Shown: in pieces, positions 11,401 to 21,807 of the stretch
Position numbering within the stretch: position 1 is the first letter of the stretch
How the letters are laid out: the number at the start of each line of letters is the position of its first letter
Source of the DNA: Eledone cirrhosa
Lineage: Eukaryota
Reading direction: 5' to 3'
Assembly (NCBI GenBank): GCA_964016885.1
Contig: OZ024755.1
Coordinates: forward strand, 31,000,001 to 31,064,000
DNA: 64,000 nt
The notes under the pieces: generated by a model
What the model was told of the DNA's origin: nothing
Seen by the model: the letters and a program-made list of their open reading frames with translations, nothing else
Databases searched by the model: none
Position numbers and translations under genes: made by a program

Positions 11401-14400
11401 AGTCTAAACTGGTTATAAGTAGATTAAAGTGGGGCTGACCTGAGTCTAAACTGGTTATAAGTAGATTAAAGTGGGGCTGACCTGAGTCTAAACTGGTTAT
11501 AAGTAGATTAAAGTGGGGCTGACTGGAGTCTAAACAACAAGATAAACTTTTGACAGAACTCCACAAAGAAAATATTGTGGATCAGGGGAAAAATTCCAGT
11601 TAAGTTCAAGTACATACACACACACACAGACACACATACCCACCCACAGACACACAGACCCACCCACGGACACACATACACACAGACAGACACACATACC
11701 CACCCACGGACACACAGACAGACACAAATACCCACCCACGGACACTCAGACAGACAGACACACATACACACACACACATACATATCCACCCAGAGACACA
11801 CGCACACACACAGACAAACACACCCACAGACACACACACATGCAGACACTGACACACACAGGCACACATACATACACACAGGGCTGTGTGTGTGATTATC
11901 ATCATCATCTGTCCATCTTCCCTGCTCAGGACAGGTCATCACAGATCAAGTTAGTACTTAATAAGAACTACTGACCTCACAGATAGACTGGAGGCGACAT
12001 CTCACTTACGTATATGTTCCTGCATGCTACAGATTGCACTGGGTGCATTTTATTGTGGGAGGTTGTCGTTTGTTTGACATATGTTAGGCGAGACCAACAT
12101 TTCACATCTGGTTTGGGTTTATAAGCAGTTTTGTACATTCCTGGTCAGAGCTATCTAATACTTGCCAGAGTTACCCAAAGCCAACAACATATGTTGTCAA
12201 ATAAGCCAGATAAGTTTAACCCTTCAGCATTTAAATTAGCTGTATCTGGCCAGAATTCCCTCACCTCTTTCTGTTCAAACTGGCTGTATCTGGCCAGAAT
12301 TCCCTCACCTCTTTCTGTTCAATCTGGTTGTATCTGGCCAGAATTCTCTCACCTCTTTCTGTTCAAACTGGCTGTATCTGGCCAGAATTCTCTTACCTCT
12401 TTCTGTTCAAACTGGCTGTATCTGGCCAGAATTCTCTCACCTCTTTCTGTTCAAACTGGTTGTATCTGGCCAGAATTCTCTCACCTCTTTCTGTTCAAAC
12501 TGGCTGTATCTGGCCAGAATTCTCTCACCTCTTTCTGTTCAAACTGGTTGTATCTGGCCAGAATTCTCTCACCTCTTTCTGTTCAATCTGGTTGTATCTG
12601 GCCAGAATTCTCTCACCTCTTTCTGTTCAAACTGGCTGTATCTAGCCAGAATTCCCTCACCTCTTTCTGTTCAATCTGGTTGTAACTGGCCAGAATTCTC
12701 TCACCTCTTTCTGTTCAATCTGGTTGTATCTGGCCAGAATTCCCTCACCTCTTTCTGTTCAAACTGGCTGTATCTGGCCAGAATTCTCTCACCTCTTTCT
12801 GTTCAAACTGGTTGTATCTGGCCAGAATTCTCTCACCTCTTTCTGTTCAATCTGGTTGTATCTGGCCAGAATTCTCTCACCTCTTTCTGTTCAAACTGGC
12901 TGTATCTAGCCAGAATTCCCTCACCTCTTTCTGTTCAATCTGGTTGTATCTGGCCAGAATTCTCTCACCTCTTTCTGTTCAAACTGGTTGTATCTGGCCA
13001 GAATTCCCTCACCTCTTTCTGTTCAAACTGGTTGTATCTGGCCAGAATTCTCTCACCTCTTTCTTTTCTAACTGGCTGTAGATGGTGTTAAGGTATTGTT
13101 CTCAAAATAAATAATATCGAAATCTCATAGATTCGATATTATGAGATAATTATGAAAGGCAAAGCCTTTACCACAAAAATATAATAGTAAATAAGTGTGT
13201 GTGTGTGTGTAGTATGGACCCGTAACTCCTGAGGAGTCGTAGGGGCGGCATATTGACATATGGCGCTTCCAGGATATTTTTTAATCTGGCAGAGCCCATC
13301 TCCTCTCCAGGCATGTGTACAGCAGATTTCTTCCAGAGAAGGATATAGAGGAAGAATCGACTCCAGTACTTGACTGGTACTTTTTTTATCGACCATTAAT
13401 GGATGAAAGGCAAAGTTGACCTCGGCAGCATTTGAACTCAGAGAGCAGAAATGAATACTACAAAGCATTCTAGCCAATGTTCTAACGACTCTGAAGCAAG
13501 GATAATACGTCGTTATGTGGAGCGAGAAGAGCAATTTCATGCAAAGACAAGACCAAATTTATGGTATAAATGGAGTCGTTAGACTAATATTCTATTTAAA
13601 ATAACCGAATGGTTTCCAGCCCCAGAATTTAAGAATGATGTAAATAAAATTGAAAACGAAAATGACAGAGATTATTAAAATAGTAAAAGTAAATAGTTAA
13701 GATTTAGGCCAGTACATACGTATGCACTGACGGACATACACATACATATACATACGCACACACACACACGCGCCTGTGTGTGTAAACCTTTTGCATTTCT
13801 ACAGTATTTTATTCAAACTTAAGACATAGGTTACTTATGTACTCCGGATGGTCATGGGCACTTTCATTTTTCCAGATATTGATTATAGGGCCTCCCGGCA
13901 GATAACCCCCTTGACACATGGGCTACGTTTGTTATACAGATGAATGTGAATTGGCACATATTGAGTAGGGAACCCCCTTTGGGAAAAAGCCAATGATTTT
14001 GTAAAAGTATAGTTTTCGAAGAAGCACTGAAGTATTGACATAAATGGTATACATAACTGCTATTTAATACCCGAGCAACGCCGGGTACCTCTGCTAGTAT
14101 ACAGTAATATAAATGGTAAATGGGTTAATATTTAAAGAAATCCTTACTTACTTATTGCTGGTGTAAAATCTGGAGAATGGCTATTCCTGAAAAAATAATA
14201 GAAGAAAATGTTATATAAAACTCTTTCAGACTATTTTGGTTGGTGTTCTCAGAATTTGTTTCTTTCCATTTATTTTACTAAAAAATACTGGGATGTTTTC
14301 GATGGCTAGATGCCCTCCCTATCTTCAACAAGTTTTCCGGGTGTTACTTGGTGTGTTTTAGTATGGTATTGACACACCTGGAGTGTCTTCTCAGTCTTAT

Positions 14401-16388
14401 TTTTGGCATGGTTTCTACAGCTAGCATGTTAGGTGAGACCTACATTTCACAGTGTTACTTGGTGTGTTTTAGTATGGTAGTGACACACCTGAAGTGTCTT
14501 CTCGGCCTTATTCTTGGCATGGTTTCTACAGCTAGCATGTTAGGTGTGACCTACATTTCACACCTGGTTTGGATAGTTAAAGTTCTAATCCTGCCATAGT
14601 CAACTTTGTAGCTTTTCACCCTTTCAGAATCAGGTTTAAATGCTAAAAGGTTAATCATATGTCTGATGGATCAGAACTAACCTTTGGCTAAATAACAATA
14701 ACTACAACAACAACAATAATCAGTAGTGATAATATTAAATATTTCTAACATAGGCACAAGTGGTCACATATGAACTTACATCATTTGTGATACCATAAGT
14801 GATATCACAACTGTTCACATACCTGGAACAGAACAGCTAGTGCTGCTGCTACTACCACCACCACTACCACTGCCACCACCACTACTACCACCACTGCCAC
14901 TACTACTACCACTACCATAAAAAGGGAGGTAGGCATAAAAGCCAAACTCACCATCTTCAACCCTTACCTATGATCATTTATCTTGGGTAATGACGAAAAT
15001 AATATGATCACGAATACAAGCGGCCAGAATGGGACTCCTCTGAAGGGTCTTTGGAGTAATGTTACTCGATAGAGTGTGTAGCTCGGAGACCAGAGAGTCA
15101 CTCCAGGTGGAGCCACTACTTCTCCGAGTTGAGAGATCACAGCTCCGTAACTGTGGACGTGTGGTTAGAATGTCGCAGGAAAGAATCGCTGGACAGATTT
15201 TACGGGCAAAACCAACTGGCAAGAGACCAAGGGGTAGATCCCGAAGAAGATGGTTGGATAACATCCATGAGCTTGGCTGGTCACGCTTCGGGATCCAGCC
15301 AGATCAGTTGGAGACAGTTGCTTCTGACAGGACCCACTGGAGGGAGTGTTTGAGGACTCTGCCCCTACAACACTCTCAGGAATAAGTGTGCGAAGAAGAA
15401 GGCATACTATTGTGATTATTGCCTGGCAACAAGGGCTACTCAGCTAGTATATATATATATATAACCAAAAGTTTATATGGTTCGTTGATTATTCAACAAA
15501 TTCAATTTTACAATAGATTAGAAGCACTGTATGCTTAGTAGATTAGAAGATAGAGTAATATTTATGAGATCCAGGGAAGCATTTATCTAAAGCTTAAAAG
15601 AATAAGTGTACTACAGGTGTCTTAATACCTAAGGATGCTGGCGATGCATACCAAATTATAGATCTAGTTCTTACTTTCTTCTTTGATTTATTCATCCAGT
15701 TGTGTTTATATTCATTTTTATTATGATGGATTTCAGTATTTTTATTTATATACTCAATGTTATTGTTATATCCAGCTTTATGTAGCGCTTCATTATAATA
15801 TTCTGCCTTACTATTAATTATAGATCTATTAGCAGAAAGCCTGGAGATTCTTTGTTGTACACCATTGACTATCACATTCTTAACACTTTTAGGATGATTA
15901 GAATAAAAACTAACATAATTTAAATTCTCATTAACTTTGTGGAAAGGGTAATAAAGGCCTGAGTTAAGATTTAGAGTCACATCCAAAAAGTTAACTATTT
16001 TATTATTTTTATTTATTCTCTCCTTTTCTTTATCCTTTCCCTTTCTCTTTTTCTTTATTTCCCTTCTTTTCTCTCTGCATCTTCCCTTTTCTTTTCTTTA
16101 TTACCCTTCTTTTCTCTTCACATCTTCCCTTTCAACTCCCCTTCTATATTTCTTTGTTGCTTTAAGTCCTCTTCTTCTCTAAGTTTATCATATTATTTGT
16201 GGTATATAAATGTTGAGTGTTGGGGAAATAACTTACTGCCACTACAGCAATTGAAGATTCAAGTACCTTAGCGGTATGTCGTATAACCAATCTCATATAT
16301 TTTATCTGATGAAAACATACTGAAACACCATTGTACCTTTGAAATATGTATAATAAAATATATACTTTGGTTATGATAATATTTTGAA

Positions 16389-16439
<51 letters not shown>

Positions 16440-19400
16440 ACTAGAAATTGATTGACATATATATATATTTAAAATAAACACATGAAACAATCACATGTTT
16501 CATGTGTTTATTTTAAACATATATATATGTCAATTTCTAGTTGATATAAAATGCTCGAAACTATTCATTGGAATCTTTGAGTTTATTCTACGGTGGATAT
16601 GGCGCTTGTCTCGGACATGACTCCTTTAATTTAATTTAATTAAATTAATTTTGGATATATATATATATATATATATCCCACCCGTCCCTTCAACCTAATT
16701 TCTCATTCTTTCTTCTGATGATGGACTAACGCTTGAAACGTCAAGACCCTCTTCCTGCTATTTCAAGCGTTAACCTAATATATTCCTTCTATATACCGCA
16801 CTGATTGTGTTATTTCTGTTTACCTTTTACATATATATATGATTTAGAGACGTATGACATAGATAATAACTGGAAGTTCTTACGTGACAACTTGCTGAAG
16901 GCTACTGATGAAACCTGTGGCTGGAGCAGAGCTCCAACCAGACAGAGAGTGACCTGGTGGTGGAACAGCACAGTAGATAAGGCTATTAGAGACAAAAGAC
17001 TAGCATGGAAGGCTTGGAAAAAGGGTGGGAGTAGGGAAGAATATACAGCCACTAAGAGAGAAGCTAGACGTCAGGTGTACTTAGCACGCAGGGAGGCAGA
17101 GAGTAGGAGGTTTGCCAATGTTCTGCGACGGGAAGATCAGAGGCGTGCGGTGTTCCACATTGCAAGGCAGTGTGTCAATGCAAATCAGGATGTTGTTGGT
17201 GATAAATGTGTCCGGGATGATGCCGGTGTACTTAGTGTCACGAATGACCAGAAAAAGGAGGCCTGGAAATGTCATTATGAGAGACTGATGAATGTGGAGA
17301 ACGAATGGGAGAGAGAGAAATTACCCTTGGTAGATCCGACAGAGGGACCAGCTATTGAGATTGACGAATATAGGGTCCAAGAGGCGATTAGGGAAATGAA
17401 AAATGGTAAGGCGGCCGGACCATCGGGAATAGTTGCTGAGATGCTGAAGGTATCAGGGGACGTAGGCACTAAACTGGTTGCACGCATCATCAATCAGGCT
17501 ATATATGGTGGTGTCATACCCAAAGACTGGTGCAGCAGTATTCTCATAAATTGCTACAAAGGTAAAGGGGATGCTTTGGAGAGGAGCAATTATAGGGGTA
17601 TAAAACTGATAGATCAGGTTATGAAAGTGGCAGAAAGGATTTTAGCACAACTAATTAGGGAAAGGGTCAAACTAGATGAGATGCAGTTTGGTTTTGTGCC
17701 TGGGAAGAGTACAACAGATGCCCTCTTCTTGGTGAGACAAATGCAAGAGAGGTTCTTAGAGAAGAATAAGCCACTATACTTAACCTTTGTTGACCTAGAG
17801 AAGGCCTTTGATAGGGTACCCCGATCTGTCATCTGGTGGTCCCTAAGGAAGCTGGGTGTTGAGGAATGGCTTGTGAGGACAGTGCAAACTTTGTACAGAG
17901 GTACTCTCAGTAAAGTCAGGGTAGGAATGGAGTTTAGTGAGGAATTCCAGATACAAGTAGGAGTACATCAGGGTTCGGTCCTCAGCCCGCTCTTGTTCAT
18001 TATAGTCCTCCAAGCCATAACAGAGGAGTTTAAGACTGGCTGTCCATGGGAACTTCTCTATGCTGACGATCTGGCTCTTATGGCAGAATCAGTAGAGGAG
18101 CTAGAGAATAAATTCCGGCTATGGAAACAGCAGTTGGAAGCAAGAGGACTGAGAGTAAATCTAGCTAAGACAAAAGTGTTGATGAGTAGAAAAGAGGACA
18201 AAACCCTGATTCCGTCAGGGAAATGGCCATGTTCGATATGCAGAAAAGGAGCTGGCATAAATTCTATAAAATGCACACAATGCAGGTCCTGGGTACACAA
18301 GAGATGTAGCGGGATAGCAGGCAAACTAACAGGTAGGGAGAAATATGTATGCAGTAGATGTACAGGGAAATTAGACAGTAGAAGTCGCACTGATAGACAC
18401 ATTTTTCAAATGCGAGAGGGCGCTATAGAAGTGGTGGATAGCTTCCGGTACCTAGGAGATCAGATTAGCATGGGAGGAGGGTGTTCCGAGGCCATAGTAT
18501 CTAGAATAAGGACGGGTTCAAAGAAGTTTAGGGAGCTGCTTCCTCTGTTGACGAAGAAGGGTTTCTCCCTGCGTACGAAAGGCCGGTTGTATGATGCCTG
18601 TGTGAGGAGCGCGATGCTGCATGGTAGTGAGACATGGGCAGCAACCGCAGAAGATATGCGACGGCTTGAGAGAAATGAGGCAAGCATGCTCCGTTGGATG
18701 TGCAGTGTAAATGTGCGTGAACGACCCAGCATAAATGTGTTGAGAGAGAAACTGTGTCTGAGAGGGATAGAATGTAGTGTACGGGAGAGGAGACTGAGGT
18801 GGTATGGACATGTGATGCGCATGGAGGATGACCGATGGGTGAAGAAGTGCCAGGAAATGCCAGTTGAAGGAAGACGTGGTAGAGGTACGGTGGAGATGAC
18901 GAGGGACCGTGACGAGTGGAGAGATGCTGTGCTGAATAAGACCCGTCCCACCCTTGCAAGCAGGGAAAAGCGGACGTAAAATGATGATGATGATGATGAT
19001 GATGATATATATATAGGATAATGGGAAAACAGCAAAATACCGTCAATGATGATGTGGGGTAAAATTTACCTCCTCTCTTCCTATCACTTCTCCGAGCCAA
19101 CACCCTTCTAGCTGCTGATTTATATTCTTCGAGTTAAATTTCATCAAACACCATCATTGATGACATTTTGCTGTTTTAACAGCTTCCTTGCGCTGAACTT
19201 TCCCATTGTCCTACAAATTCTAATACACTCATGTTTCAAACTCGATATTCAAGATACCTTTGTTTATATATATGTATGTGTGTATGTATGTATGTGTATA
19301 TATATATAAAGGCAGCTGTCCGTTTCTCAAGAGGTTAAATACCAGATACAACTTGGTTAAATCATAGGACAAAGCACAAGTTTAAATATATCTTTCAAAT

Positions 19401-21251
19401 TAGGTCAACTAAATTTGCTTTATTTCAGGCTTCTGTTAGTGTTTGAATTATTTATTAACAAGCTTTAATTTATTTGTGGGTTTTCAACTGTTTTGCGAGA
19501 GAAAACAAGAGCCACATAGATAACTTAGCACCTCTTTTAACTGTTTTGATACGAACATGGTCAAAACTGGGTCTGCTTCTAGAAAACAAAACCACCTATT
19601 TTAATTTTTTTTTAAATCTTGCAACATAATTTATTTAAAAACCATTTATTATAAATACTATCTTGATAATAAGATAATAATTGGACAAAATGCCTTGCGA
19701 TATTTGTTCTCGCTTTCTGTATTTTGAGTTTAACCCTTTAGCATTTATATTACTCTATATATACTATGGTATTTTCATGGTAAAGGCTTTATCTCACATA
19801 ATATCAAATCTATGAGATTTTGATGTTATTTATTTTGAGAACAATAGCTTAACATCAGTATGAGTGGCCAGTTACAGCCGATTTGAACAGAAAGAGGTGA
19901 GAGAATTCTGGCTGGAAATGGCTGATTTAAATGCTAAAGGGTTAAATCCAACTTTGCCTTTAGTCTTTTCGGGGTCAGTAAAATAGAATAGCAATTTAAG
20001 GTATTGGATTAGTGCAATATCACCAGTCAGCTCAGTCCTGTGTCATCTCTGTCACAGTGTTGGTACTGGTGGACAGGTCTTTTGTATTATGACATACTAC
20101 CAGTCAGCTCAGTCTTGTGTCATCTGTCATAGTGTTGGTACTGGTGGACAGGTCTTCAGTCAGCTCAGTCCTGTGTCATCTCTGTCACAGTGTTGGTACT
20201 GGTGCATGTATAGTACATAGAATAATGGTTTCTACTTTAGGCACAAGGCCAGCAATTATACAGTACATTACTGGTACTTTATTTTATCGACCCCGTAAGG
20301 ATGAAAGGCAAAGTTAACCTTGTCGGGATTTGAACTCAGACCGTAAAAGGACGTAACTAGAATAATTGTTTCTACTTTAGACACAAGGCCAGCAATTACC
20401 CAGTGCATTACTGGTACTTTATTTTATCGACCCCGTAAGGATGAAAGGCAAAGTCAACCTAATAATGTTCAGCTGTCAGGACAATGAATAGTGCACGAGT
20501 CATGAAATACATGCGTTATAATATATGTATCTATCTATGTCAACCCGACGCAAAGAAAGATACATGCCCTAATTGTAGTACTATAGATTTGAACTCGAAA
20601 CCATGTGTTTCATGAAGTGACTTACATGACCGTGCAGTACTTTAAGCAACGACAAGGGATCCTTTTCCTGTATTTTCACCATTTCTACAATGATGGGACA
20701 TCCTTGAAACGTTAATTTTTTTTGTTATTGTTCGCAGTATGCTCAGTGCATTTCTTATACGACTTTAGAAAAAGTACATTACGGAACTCACTTAACATTG
20801 ATCAAAGTCGCTAAAACTATTTTAGAAATTGCCCTGTTAACTTTAAAATAGACTACGAACAACACATGCCCTAAATAAAGACAACAAAACCATTGACCGA
20901 ATTACTCAAGTTCTAACACAAACATTGCACATTACAATATATAACGTAGGTTCTTAGTATTAGCAACTTTAGTTGGTACAGACCAACAGACTACAAACAA
21001 TATTATTTTTTACTAAACATTGCTGCTAATCGGGATTATTTCTTTTCATGTATATGTTGCCGTAGAATTCGCTTGACTAAATATTATTAACTGATAATAC
21101 GTTTCAAACAAACTCTACTAACTTAGATAATTCTGTCTAGCATTAACACAAAGCGCATTAATAATAAAATATATTAATCTACTCACCATTTCGATGAAAC
21201 TACACGTATCAAACTACTAACTTTTTCTCTGCTACAGAAAAATCTCACCAT
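1937..21251 (-). CDS. ADHFE1: Hydroxyacid-oxoacid transhydrogenase, mitochondrial (iron-containing ADH family); 5' six coding exons, gene continues beyond the left edge of the window
   Basis: Exons 21251-21187, 14186-14152, 10034-9979, 5947-5894, 4499-4345 and 2133-1937 all have GT-AG boundaries and compatible phases. They join to [87 protein letters not shown]...[14 protein letters not shown]...[17 protein letters not shown]...[13 protein letters not shown]...KPLIA, matching the ADHFE1 motifs YAFEMA, VEPTD, [15 protein letters not shown] and DFLDYV. Confidence 0.95.
2172..2361 (+). mobile_element. tRNA-related SINE family B, Nin/Deu-domain-like (many copies, e.g. 10161-10577, 20230-20460, 25436-25823, 31140-31590, 32655-32960, 36148-36500, 37857-38240, 47400-47820, 54441-54627, 57617-57800)
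   Basis: B box ttcaaatcc, conserved gcctttcatccttacggggtcgataaaataaagtacc, (TTA)n tail; resembles octopus OR2-type SINEs (from memory, not searched). Confidence 0.8.
2790..3075 (+). mobile_element. CRE-like non-LTR retrotransposon 3' fragment
   Basis: GC-rich island; [26 protein letters not shown]...[25 protein letters not shown] resembles the C-terminus of CRE-type restriction-like endonucleases. Confidence 0.7.
4345..4499 (-). CDS. ADHFE1: ADHFE1 coding exon 5
   Basis: tttgcag|GAC...GAA AG|gtaata; encodes [51 protein letters not shown]. Confidence 0.93.
5894..5947 (-). CDS. ADHFE1: ADHFE1 coding exon 4 (54 bp)
   Basis: ctttacag|ATG...AAA|gtgagt; encodes [18 protein letters not shown], homologous to vertebrate MAVSNIRYGAAVTKEVGM. 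Confidence 0.93.
9155..9495 (+). mobile_element. tRNA-derived SINE family A with RTE-derived 3' tail (copies at 6733-7059, 28249-28584, 32258-32640, 45453-45725, all minus strand)
   Basis: A box TGGCTTAGTGG, B box GAGTTCAATTC, CORE-like cttgagcaagacactt, and 3' end ...agcagggaaaagcagacgtaaaatga(tga)n shared with the RTE LINE. Confidence 0.85.
9505..9930 (-). mobile_element. R4/Dong-like (restriction-like endonuclease) non-LTR retrotransposon 3' remnant
   Basis: Degenerate [13 protein letters not shown]...[22 protein letters not shown]...[13 protein letters not shown]...[10 protein letters not shown]; flanked by (ATT/TAA)n. Confidence 0.75.
9979..10034 (-). CDS. ADHFE1: ADHFE1 coding exon 3
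   Basis: ttattcag|GT TTA...TTT GAG|gtaaac; encodes [18 protein letters not shown] (conserved YAFE). Confidence 0.9.
11282..11535. repeat. 42-bp minisatellite, 6 copies
   Basis: Unit actggttataagtagattaaagtggggctgacctgagtctaa. Confidence 0.95.
11612..11880. repeat. Imperfect (CA)-rich low-complexity tract
   Basis: Direct observation. Confidence 0.9.
12239..13080. repeat. 44-bp minisatellite, about 19 copies, expanded inside a TTAA MITE
   Basis: Unit gctgtatctggccagaattctctcacctctttctgttcaaactg equals an internal MITE segment; MITE left end at 12215, remainder after 13085. Confidence 0.95.
14068..14097 (+). mobile_element. Helitron 3' terminus (hairpin + CTAG); degenerate second copy at 15421-15447
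   Basis: tacccg-agcaacgc-cgggta hairpin, short spacer, then CTAG followed by T. Confidence 0.65.
14152..14186 (-). CDS. ADHFE1: ADHFE1 coding exon 2 (35 bp micro-exon)
   Basis: ttttttcag|G AAT AGC CAT TCT...ATA A|gtaagt; phase 2 in and phase 1 out bridge exons 1 and 3 exactly. Confidence 0.75.
14341..14562. repeat. 111-bp tandem duplication
   Basis: gtgttacttggtgtgttttagtatgg...ctacatttcaca present twice. Confidence 0.85.
15000..15400 (+). mobile_element. RTE-type LINE 3' fragment of another family (related piece at about 59345-59490, minus strand)
   Basis: [29 protein letters not shown]...[19 protein letters not shown] resembles an RTE C-terminus. Confidence 0.75.
15450..16830. mobile_element. 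Penelope-like element (PLE) remnants with hammerhead motifs and an inverted segment
   Basis: Minus-strand [18 protein letters not shown]...[12 protein letters not shown]...RISRLS...[11 protein letters not shown] (PLE RT C-terminal/thumb pattern) at 15594-15992; CTGATGA...GAAA cores at 16306 and 16715; flanked by (TA)n. Confidence 0.8.
16295..16363 (+). ncRNA. Type I minimal hammerhead ribozyme (PLE-associated)
   Basis: atatattttat-CTGATGA-aaacatac...gtaccttt-GAAA-TATGTA-TA-ataaaatatat; weaker stem II. Confidence 0.7.
16839..19005 (+). mobile_element. RTE-clade LINE, 5'-truncated (no endonuclease), open RT frame with internal PHD finger
   Basis: ORF to 18979 with RT motifs ([39 protein letters not shown] at 18059, FRYLG); 3' (ATG)n tail; flanked by (TA)n; antisense in ADHFE1 intron 1. 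Confidence 0.95.
21187..21251 (-). CDS. ADHFE1: ADHFE1 first coding exon (putative mitochondrial targeting peptide)
   Basis: ATG GTG AGA TTT...AAA TG|gtgagt; basic, Ser-rich [21 protein letters not shown]; phase 2 fits exon 2. Confidence 0.75.
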
Positions 21252-21512
21252 TGTTCCTTTAGCAGTTTTCAGATGAACACGATAACAGTAAGTCTTGTTA
21301 CTACAGCTGTAAACTACTAGCTAGAACACTAGAATTTTAGATTGAACTGATAACAGGGGGGGTGTACCTTATCTTATGAACATACACCTTCGTGGCAGAT
21401 TATTTCTTCTCACTATCATATATATATATATATATACACACACTTCACAGCATTCTAATAAATATTGCCTGTACAGGTAATCAAAGTGTGTATACAATTT
21501 TGGGGGACATCC

Positions 21513-21559
<47 letters not shown>

Positions 21560-21740
21560 AAGTTAAACAAGGTTCAATGAATAAATCAAAGAATGAGTTT
21601 TACAATAGATGGGAAGCACTCAACAGTTGGTTTTGCAGAGTCATTAATATTAACAAAATAGATATTCTTGTGATGTACCATGGTACTACCATGACTGAAT
21701 CTTAACCATCTACTATGTCAGGGTATGTCATGCATCATCT

Positions 21741-21807
21741 TATTTTATCTGATGAGGACGTACTGTTGAAGTTAACTCAGTACCTCTGAAATATGTATAA
21801 TAAAATA
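21741..21807 (+). ncRNA. Type I minimal hammerhead ribozyme
   Basis: tattttat-CTGATGA-ggac[gtactg...cagtac]ctct-GAAA-TATGTA-TA-ataaaata. Confidence 0.8.

Noticed and set aside
11282-11535. 42-bp repeat array as a possible CRISPR
   Set aside because: Head-to-tail units with only a few variable bases, no unique spacers, no cas genes, and a eukaryotic intron context.
12131-13081. Overlapping ORFs up to 184 aa
   Set aside because: Translations of the 44-bp MITE-derived minisatellite.
16805-16840. N-terminus (MCYFCLPF...) of the 724-aa ORF as a real start
   Set aside because: Read-in from flanking DNA at a non-ATG codon; RTE homology starts at about 16839, so this copy is 5'-truncated and non-autonomous.
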